Positions 16,150 to 22,956 of a stretch of 25,305 nt of DNA are shown piece after piece (position 1 is the first letter of the stretch; every line of letters starts with the position of its first letter). Position numbers and translations under genes: made by a program. The notes beneath the pieces are model-generated. The model saw only the letters and a program-made list of their open reading frames with translations. It did not search any database and had not been told where the DNA came from. This stretch comes from a virus (Duplodnaviria > Caudoviricetes): the IMG/VR virus record IMGVR_UViG_3300017747_002323, positions 1 through 25,305 of that record. The stretch is one strand, 5' to 3'.

Positions 16150-16554
16150 TTATGTTTTCTGTAAACCGATCATTTCGTAGACGTCGGTTACCGACCAAAT
16201 ATCATCGGCAAAAACGGGCGCGCCCCGTTGCCGCAACAGGAATACGACGCGCGCATATCCGGTACCGGACGAAACGGTTTCGTCTAGCAATGTCTTTAGC
16301 CGCGCGCTAGCGTTTGTGAGTGTATCGGGGTTGGCGGTCGTGTCGGCCATTTCGAAGGTAACCAACACGCTGTGCATGGTGCCATCGAACGTTCGTTCGT
16401 ATCGGGTTTCCGACGCCGTGTAGACGCACAACGGAAACGAAACGTCGGCCGGGGCATTGTCAAGATACACACGACCGCTAAACGCTCCGGCAAATCCGGT
16501 CGGCCCTGTGCTAGTGAGAATCACCGTTCGGAGGATTACCAAAAGGTTGTTCAT
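16150..16554 (-). CDS. Tail terminator/completion protein (DUF3168-like)
   Basis: GRVYLDNAPADVSFPLCVY motif; synteny. Confidence 0.7.
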   Translation of the reverse strand: MNNLLVILRTVILTSTGPTGFAGAFSGRVYLDNAPADVSFPLCVYTASETRYERTFDGTMHSVLVTFEMADTTANPDTLTNASARLKTLLDETVSSGTGYARVVFLLRQRGAPVFADDIWSVTDVYEMIGLQKT

Positions 16555-17105
16555 TTGCGCGGCCCTCCGAAATGCCGTTGCATTGCTACGGCCATCGTCG
16601 GTTCGAATAGGTCGCGCACGTTATCCATCGTCGGTTTGATATACGGGCGCGCCGCGACGCGGCCGTACCCTTTGTCGATTCTCGCGTATCGAACCGCGGA
16701 ACCGTAGCGATAGCCGATACGGCGGCCGTCGTTTAGCGGCGTAATAACGGCTTGCCGAACGTCCGGGCCAATCAATTTCCGACGCGCCGACGAAATGAGA
16801 TTGGAAAATGTCGCGGAAATGCCGCCCGTTCCGCCGCGCAATTGCCCGGTACCGATTTGCCACGAACGGCGCAACATTCCGGTATCAATCGCGGGCGGTT
16901 GCCCTGCGCGCGACGCCCTGTGGATTCCGGATTCGCGTGCGTTGCGCGCCTTGCGTCGCCCCTTGCCGATTCGGTATGTTCGACCCCCGCCCGGCTTCGA
17001 TAGTTCCGCGCGCATGGCGCGCGCTATAACCAACATATAAGCGTTTACGCCCTCCTGTACGGCGGCGCGAAGTTTCGCGTTTATGTTGGGGTCGGGTCGA
17101 AACAT
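16551..17105 (-). CDS. HK97 gp10-like neck/tail component
   Basis: HRASRAGQPPAIDTGMLRRS and AARPYIKP motifs. Confidence 0.8.
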   Translation of the reverse strand: MFRPDPNINAKLRAAVQEGVNAYMLVIARAMRAELSKPGGGRTYRIGKGRRKARNARESGIHRASRAGQPPAIDTGMLRRSWQIGTGQLRGGTGGISATFSNLISSARRKLIGPDVRQAVITPLNDGRRIGYRYGSAVRYARIDKGYGRVAARPYIKPTMDNVRDLFEPTMAVAMQRHFGGPRK

Positions 17106-17107
17106 TT

Positions 17108-17479
17108 CTATACGCCAATCGCCGTAACGGCGAATCCTCCCACGCGGTCGGCTTCAACGATGGTATGTACGTTCGCGCTAGCCGCGGGCCGTTCAATCGG
17201 GATACGCACCGACCGGACAATGTATTGTCCTGTTGGATGCGAAAGTATCGCGTCGGTGTCGAACGCGACGCGTCCGGCGAAATAGAACGTTGCCGCGACG
17301 CGCATACGCGACCCGCCCGCAAATTCCGTATCCGAAGCCGACCGCGGTTGTAGGAAAGCACGAATGGCCGAACCTTCCGTATAGGATTTAGTAACCGCGC
17401 CGTTCGTTCCGATTGTGTCGGTCGGCGTCAACACGGTAACGTCGGTTCCATGTTGTGCGATTAGCGCGGTAACGCTCAT
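17108..17479 (-). CDS. Head closure (stopper) protein
   Basis: 123 aa beta-rich, directly after the adaptor. Confidence 0.7.
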   Translation of the reverse strand: MSVTALIAQHGTDVTVLTPTDTIGTNGAVTKSYTEGSAIRAFLQPRSASDTEFAGGSRMRVAATFYFAGRVAFDTDAILSHPTGQYIVRSVRIPIERPAASANVHTIVEADRVGGFAVTAIGV

Positions 17480-18327
17480 TACCGAACCCTTTTGTACGGC
17501 GTCAACAGGCGCAACGCTTCCGCGTCGATTGCGTCGGGCGCGGCCACGCTGTACGAATAGTCCCCGAACGATTCCGACGCCAACGTATTGTCGCGTTTAC
17601 GGTCGTTGTAAATCCGACTCGCCATGATTTGGCACGCGTGGACGATATCCGGCGGCACCGTTTCCCAACCGCCGTCGTAGTCAACGAACACGGTTTCCGG
17701 CCCGGTAGGCCACGCGCCGCCGTCGCCGTCGTCGTAGCCGCTACGACCCATATACAGAATGCCGCGCGGTAGGTCGCCCGTAACGTCCATTTGCGCCTGA
17801 TCGGCAAACGTGATAGTCGCTACCGAATCTTTCAAGTCGCGCCCGACCATTCGATTTATTCGACGTGCGGCGGTGTTCACCGACAACGACGCGGCAAATC
17901 CGGTCGTAGCGGAAATCTGTGTAGCGATTGCCGACGACGTTTTGTGGTTGGCGAATTGGATTTGGGTAGCGGTTTCGGTGCCGTCCGACTGCGTGCGCGT
18001 CAACGTTACGCGCTCTTCGGAAACCGTAATGGTGGCAGAAATATCGCTAGCGACGGTGCTACGCACCGTCATACAGGCCAACGAACCGAACCCGACGTAG
18101 TGGACGTGCGAAACGGGCGACGTGCGAAGCACCAACGCGCCGTCGCCGTGGGCGGTCGTCCATTCGTAAATCCGACGCTGTACCACCTTCCGATCCAAGT
18201 ACGCTTCAATTGCATACGTGGCGCGGTCGATTGCATATTCCAACACCGTGTCGTCCGTGGCAACGGTGATACCTAGGAACGATTTCAGGTTGGCTAGCGT
18301 GGTGATTGCGTATTGGTCTACGGCCAT
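17479..18327 (-). CDS. Head-tail connector/adaptor (gp6/gp15-like) with insertion
   Basis: TTLANLKSFLGI...DD..L...I..AT..IEAYLDR; YDGGWETVPPDI..AC; SESFGDYSYS; LLTPYKR. Confidence 0.85.
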   Translation of the reverse strand: MAVDQYAITTLANLKSFLGITVATDDTVLEYAIDRATYAIEAYLDRKVVQRRIYEWTTAHGDGALVLRTSPVSHVHYVGFGSLACMTVRSTVASDISATITVSEERVTLTRTQSDGTETATQIQFANHKTSSAIATQISATTGFAASLSVNTAARRINRMVGRDLKDSVATITFADQAQMDVTGDLPRGILYMGRSGYDDGDGGAWPTGPETVFVDYDGGWETVPPDIVHACQIMASRIYNDRKRDNTLASESFGDYSYSVAAPDAIDAEALRLLTPYKRVR

Positions 18328-18360
18328 TGGTCGTTCCGTTCATCGGCACGGTGGACGCGG

Positions 18361-18600
18361 CTATTTCGCCCGTGGGGGCCGTCCACGCCGCCGGGGTGGT
18401 TCGGGCGCGTTCAACGGTTCGGCGGCCTGTACGGGCGTTTCCGTGGCCGTATCGGGCAACGGCGCGGCCACGACGATTTCCAACACGCGACGGCGGGCCA
18501 ACGGCCACGCGACGCGGGCCGGAACGGCTACGGTCGTTCCGCGGCGGTGGCCCGCCCACGGTTGCAACACGACGCAAATTACGTTGGCGGTAGTGTCCAA
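18361..18600 (-). CDS. Small head-region protein ending in AT-hook-like RRGRPPR
   Basis: Probable TTG start at 18600; C-terminal PPRRRGRPPRAK. Confidence 0.65.
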   Translation of the reverse strand: MDTTANVICVVLQPWAGHRRGTTVAVPARVAWPLARRRVLEIVVAAPLPDTATETPVQAAEPLNAPEPPRRRGRPPRAK

Positions 18601-19772
18601 TCGGGTTTCCCGTTTGCGTGGTAATCCTGCATATATTGGTGGACGCATTCAAGGCTCCGACCGGGCCACGTGGCAACCATTTGTAGGTGGCCTACGCGTA
18701 CCTGTGGCGTTGTCGAAACCTTCCAACCCTGCGCGCGCGCCTTTTTCCAAAAGTACACGTCGTCGTCCACGCGATCCAATCCCCAATCGCCCTTCGCGCC
18801 GGGTTCCCCGATGAACCACGGCATAGCCATTTTCCGCAACGTGTCGCAACGAATCAACGTCAACCCGAAATGGCCGTGCAGCACGGGCCAATGGTCGTCG
18901 TTCAACCGTTCCACGGCAAGTTCGGACACCATGCCGCCCTTCCCGTCGTCAATCTTCGCCAACAGGCTGTCGCGGTCGCGTCCGATTTGCAGCGGGCATA
19001 GCACGTCCAAATCGTGCGCGTCGGCAATGTCGCGCAACATACATACGTCGTGGCTATCGAAAATCGTATCGTAGTCGATTGCCAAAATATACTTATGCTT
19101 CCCGCCGTCCGCGATTTGGTGGAACAACCGTTGCAAGCATTGGCCCCAAAATACGCCGATTGCGCGCACGAATGGGATTTGAAGCGGCACTAACGACGTG
19201 TAGCAACACCCCATATTTTCCGTCCACGCAAGCCGCGGCATACTCATTACCGCGTGCATATCGGATAGCGGGCGGATCGGGGAACGGCGCAACGCCGCCG
19301 CGGAACGCTTGACGGCGCGTAGGTTCAACGACACGGGCAACAAAGAACACGAATCGGCGTCGCCGGGCCATTCTCCGTTGACTTCAAACCCGGCCGCGGC
19401 CAATGCGTCGGTAAGTTTCTGTCGGTTGAAAATCGCGTGGTGTGCGTCGTGTTGGTCAACATGGCCGCCCATTAGGAACGACTCGACAGGCCACGCGACG
19501 CCCTTCGTATACGCGTCCACGATCCGGTCGAAATCCGGCACCGCGACCAACAGCGTTCCGCCGATACGTAGCGCGCGTCCCCATTCGCGTAGTACGGCCA
19601 TCGTTTCGGTGTGCGGAATATGTTCCAACACGTGCGACGCTTTGATAACGTCCAACGATCCGTCGGGAATCCCGGTCAAACGTCGCGCGTCGCGGCCCTG
19701 CGCGATATCCCACGGTTCGAAACCGGGGGTACAACGATCCATGCAACCGATGTCGAGTTTCGTAATAGCCAT
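18579..19772 (-). CDS. Class I SAM methyltransferase fused to GT-A (GT2-like) glycosyltransferase
   Basis: N-half LDIGC, DAR, ASHVLEH, LRIGGTLLVAVPD; C-half IDYD (DxD), HFGLTLIR, PWF, DDDVYFWKKARAQGWKV...RVGH. Confidence 0.85.
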   Translation of the reverse strand: MAITKLDIGCMDRCTPGFEPWDIAQGRDARRLTGIPDGSLDVIKASHVLEHIPHTETMAVLREWGRALRIGGTLLVAVPDFDRIVDAYTKGVAWPVESFLMGGHVDQHDAHHAIFNRQKLTDALAAAGFEVNGEWPGDADSCSLLPVSLNLRAVKRSAAALRRSPIRPLSDMHAVMSMPRLAWTENMGCCYTSLVPLQIPFVRAIGVFWGQCLQRLFHQIADGGKHKYILAIDYDTIFDSHDVCMLRDIADAHDLDVLCPLQIGRDRDSLLAKIDDGKGGMVSELAVERLNDDHWPVLHGHFGLTLIRCDTLRKMAMPWFIGEPGAKGDWGLDRVDDDVYFWKKARAQGWKVSTTPQVRVGHLQMVATWPGRSLECVHQYMQDYHANGKPDWTLPPT

Positions 19773-19775
19773 AAT

Positions 19776-19846
19776 GCGCGACGGCGGGTTGCCCCGCCGC
19801 CGCGCGTATCGCGGTTCCGACAACCGCGGCTATACCGATTGTATCA
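19776..19846 (-). promoter_or_regulatory. Possible internal extended -10 promoter and two-hairpin leader
   Basis: TGATACAAT at 19838-19846; CGCGGTT-N5-AACCGCG; 13-bp stem with GCAA loop at 19776-19805. Confidence 0.45.
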
Positions 19847-20275
19847 CCGTTCCGGCGAACGTACCCAAATGGTCGCGGACACGTCGCCAACCGCCTTTGC
19901 ACCCATAGCGGGTCGCGCAAGGTCGGCGGTCGAAATGATGTTGGACGACGAACCCGGCGTACAGGAAAACCGAAGATACCGACGGAACGCGCACGTATCC
20001 AAATCGAATACGGCGTAGGGGTTGTTCGTACCCGCCGCCTGTTCGGGAAGGGTGAAATCCGTACCACCCGTCAACCCGCACGCCACGAACGATGTTGCGT
20101 CGGTCGTGTCGCTGTGTTCAATCTTGAACACGGTCGGGATATGCGTGGTCGATTTGAACACGGCAATACGAACCACGTCGTACGCTTTCAAGTCAACATT
20201 AGCCGTCGTCGTAGCGTTGGTAGCCGTGCTACCCAATGTCATAAGAATCGTTTTTGCGTTGCTGTTGTGGATCAT
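19844..20275 (-). CDS. Putative capsid decoration/cement protein 2
   Basis: Paralog of 20346-20783: ANVD, EHSDTTDAT, TGGTDFTL, RYLR shared. Confidence 0.75.
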   Translation of the reverse strand: MIHNSNAKTILMTLGSTATNATTTANVDLKAYDVVRIAVFKSTTHIPTVFKIEHSDTTDATSFVACGLTGGTDFTLPEQAAGTNNPYAVFDLDTCAFRRYLRFSCTPGSSSNIISTADLARPAMGAKAVGDVSATIWVRSPER

Positions 20276-20291
20276 GGAACCGCCCTTACAA

Positions 20292-20324
20292 CCGCAGGGC
20301 GTGGGGATTGCCCACGCCCTGCGG
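20292..20324 (-). terminator. Perfect 14-bp hairpin between decoration genes
   Basis: CCGCAGGGCGTGGG-N5-CCCACGCCCTGCGG; followed by TTGT on minus strand. Confidence 0.55.
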
Positions 20325-20345
20325 CAGAGGTAGAAGATGGTTTGT

Positions 20346-20783
20346 TTAGCGACCCGGAACGGTGACGTACGACGCCGCCGACAGGTCGGAAGCCGAGTCG
20401 ATTCCGGTCAATGGCCGACCAAGTTCGGCAATGGCAACCAAGTTAGCGGTAGCCGTGGCCGGACGAACGGTAAGCCGAAGATAACGCTTCAATCCTGCGG
20501 TAACGATGTCGAACACCGCGTGCGGATTGGTGGACGTTGCCGACGCACCCGCAAGGGTGAAATCGGTTCCGCCCGTGGCGTTGATCGTGGAGAAATTCGT
20601 AGCGTCCGTGGTGTCGCTGTGTTCAACCTTCAACGTCGTCGGAACGTTGGTGGTTGACGAAAACAGCACGATACGCGCCGCATCGAATCCGCGGGTATCG
20701 ACGTTCGCGGTGGCATCCGCATTTGTCGCCGCGCTAGCCGAATTCAGCAGCAGCAAAGACTTTTGGTTTCCAATTTCAATCAT
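20346..20783 (-). CDS. Putative capsid decoration/cement protein 1
   Basis: Directly after the capsid gene; VDTRGF, KVEHSD, KRYLRL jelly-roll-like pattern. Confidence 0.78.
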   Translation of the reverse strand: MIEIGNQKSLLLLNSASAATNADATANVDTRGFDAARIVLFSSTTNVPTTLKVEHSDTTDATNFSTINATGGTDFTLAGASATSTNPHAVFDIVTAGLKRYLRLTVRPATATANLVAIAELGRPLTGIDSASDLSAASYVTVPGR

Positions 20784-20804
20784 GGCGTTTTTCCTTCCGT
20801 CGGT

Positions 20805-22199
20805 TTAGCGGGTCAACATGACGACCGCGCCCGCGTTGGTCGAGTCGCCAACGCTGTGGCAATTGATGTCGATGCGTTGCGTACCGCGGATAACGATTTC
20901 GTCCTGTTCGAACGCATTCAACGCGCTATCCGAAGTCTTGATGGTGACGGCGCGACGGTCACCGAACGCGGCACCCATCGACAGGTCGCCAAAGTAGGCA
21001 AGCGGGGTAGCGTCGGTTCCGGTGCCAATGACGCCGGACATAACTTGCGTAAACACGACCGGGTATCCGAAGAATCGCGGCGCGATTCCATTCTGCATTT
21101 CGGCCGCAGTTACGCCACCCGCAGCCATTGCCACGCGTTCGAACATTGCGTGGAAAACCGACTTATGGCAATAAATCTTGGCGTTCGGCGTCTGCGCGTA
21201 CCCCGGAAGCAATGCCATCATCCCGTGGATGTCGGCTTGCAAATCGGCGGTGGAAATGGTCGAAAGTGCCGCGGTACCGATACCGGAATCCGACGTACCC
21301 GCCAAACCAACGGCGTTCGCCAATCCGACGATGCCGCCGTACGTACTGGTTCCGTCGCCAAGGAATCCGGCCTGATCCTCTCGCAACGCGAATTCGTAGG
21401 CGATTTCGCCCGCCACATTGTCGGCAATGTTCACGATGGCATCTTCGACTAGTTCCGACGACGTGGTGGTAAGGGCGAAAAGTTTCTTCGCCATCAATTG
21501 CACGTTGTCGAATGTCTGCGTCGATTCGGTCGCCGCCTTTGTTTCGCCAACCCAATACGACGTAAGGGTTCCCGTACGGCGCGGAATGTACAGAACGTCG
21601 CGGCCCATGGGCCAAACCTTCGCGTTCGCACGGAAAACGCCGTACTGTTCGCGCAACGAAATCAGCGTGTCGTTGAATTCGTCCGGGACAAGGAAACCGC
21701 CCGCGCTGTTGTTTCCTTCGCTGTGCGCCTTGACTTCGACGCCGTTACGCGCGCACCAATCGGCCGACTTCGCGTGATTGCACGCCGCAAAGATAAACCG
21801 ACCGAATCGGTACGCTTCCGACTTATCGCGGAAATTCTTCAAACGGCCGAACGACTTTGTAAGCACGTCGTCGGAACCGCTAGTGACAATCGCGCGACGC
21901 GACGCGGGGGCCGCGTCGGCAATCGCCGCGCGGATTTCCGCGCGAACCGACTTGGCAACGGTTGCGGCGTCGTCCGACTTCGCGCCGTCTTCCGGCTTCG
22001 CCATGTCGGCTTCGGCTGCGGGTGCCGCGGGTGCCACCATAACGTCGATGTTTGCCGGGTCGATTGGCGCGCCGGATTCGTCCACGATCATGCAGTCTTG
22101 CAACATCAACGACTTGGCGTGGGCAACGCCCTTTTCGCCATGCTGTGCGGCGGCATTCTTCAATGCCGCGGTAAATTGCGAAATGTTCATCGTACGCAT
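20805..22199 (-). CDS. HK97-family major capsid protein with N-terminal extension
   Basis: AGGFLVPDEF, YWVGE, KKLFAL...SSELVEDA, GDGT, FGYPV, FGDLS, FEQD...IR motifs. Confidence 0.95.
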   Translation of the reverse strand: MRTMNISQFTAALKNAAAQHGEKGVAHAKSLMLQDCMIVDESGAPIDPANIDVMVAPAAPAAEADMAKPEDGAKSDDAATVAKSVRAEIRAAIADAAPASRRAIVTSGSDDVLTKSFGRLKNFRDKSEAYRFGRFIFAACNHAKSADWCARNGVEVKAHSEGNNSAGGFLVPDEFNDTLISLREQYGVFRANAKVWPMGRDVLYIPRRTGTLTSYWVGETKAATESTQTFDNVQLMAKKLFALTTTSSELVEDAIVNIADNVAGEIAYEFALREDQAGFLGDGTSTYGGIVGLANAVGLAGTSDSGIGTAALSTISTADLQADIHGMMALLPGYAQTPNAKIYCHKSVFHAMFERVAMAAGGVTAAEMQNGIAPRFFGYPVVFTQVMSGVIGTGTDATPLAYFGDLSMGAAFGDRRAVTIKTSDSALNAFEQDEIVIRGTQRIDINCHSVGDSTNAGAVVMLTR

Positions 22200-22278
22200 T
22201 TGCGATTCCTTCGTTACGTTTCGCGCCCGACTCTAGGCGAATGCTCTAGGCACAATGCCGCCGCAATCGCCGCCGCGT

Positions 22279-22956
22279 TTAGCGCAACAGGCCGCGCGCG
22301 CGCGTGATTTCGCGCCGCGCAATTCCCTTGACGTCAATCGGATTATTCGTGGCGTCCCTTGCGCCCTGCGCCCACGGGCGCGCGGGTACCGGAACGACGA
22401 TACGGTGGCGTTGCGGTTCGGCGTAGCCCAACCACCGCGACGCGTCGGCCGCGGATACCGCGCCCTTGCGAACCGCCGATACCAACGCGTCGGGGTTTGC
22501 CTGTAGCGGTGCTACCGAAATTTCCAACAGTTTCCATTTGCTAAACACCGTGTGTACGGCGTCGCCGTAACGCTTGCGGTCGTCCACGGTCGCGCGACGG
22601 GTGCCGCCCTGTTCGGGCATATAGCCAATGGAAACGCCCTTTACGACGCCCTGTCCGACCAACGCGCGCACGAAATCCGGGAAGAAACTACCTTCGAAAT
22701 CGGGCGGCCGTTCGGCCAACGTGAATTCGCCCACGATTGCGTCGGCGGCCCTCTTCAATCCAACGCATTTCCCGACGGGTAGGTTGTAATCGTGGTTCCA
22801 AAATAGAACCGGGTTGGCTTCGTATTCGGTGGCGTTCATTCCCTGCGGAATCACTACCTCCCCGTCGCGGTCGATTGCGGCCGTCGTAACCGTCGCCGTG
22901 AAACCCGTGGCCGAAGGTAGAAACTTCGCGTCTAGTGTCTTTCGTTGCATTGTCAA
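22279..22956 (-). CDS. HK97-type prohead protease
   Basis: IDRDGEV, NPVLFWNH, PVGK, GVSIGY, LLEISVAPLQANPDA. Confidence 0.93.
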   Translation of the reverse strand: MTMQRKTLDAKFLPSATGFTATVTTAAIDRDGEVVIPQGMNATEYEANPVLFWNHDYNLPVGKCVGLKRAADAIVGEFTLAERPPDFEGSFFPDFVRALVGQGVVKGVSIGYMPEQGGTRRATVDDRKRYGDAVHTVFSKWKLLEISVAPLQANPDALVSAVRKGAVSAADASRWLGYAEPQRHRIVVPVPARPWAQGARDATNNPIDVKGIARREITRARGLLR

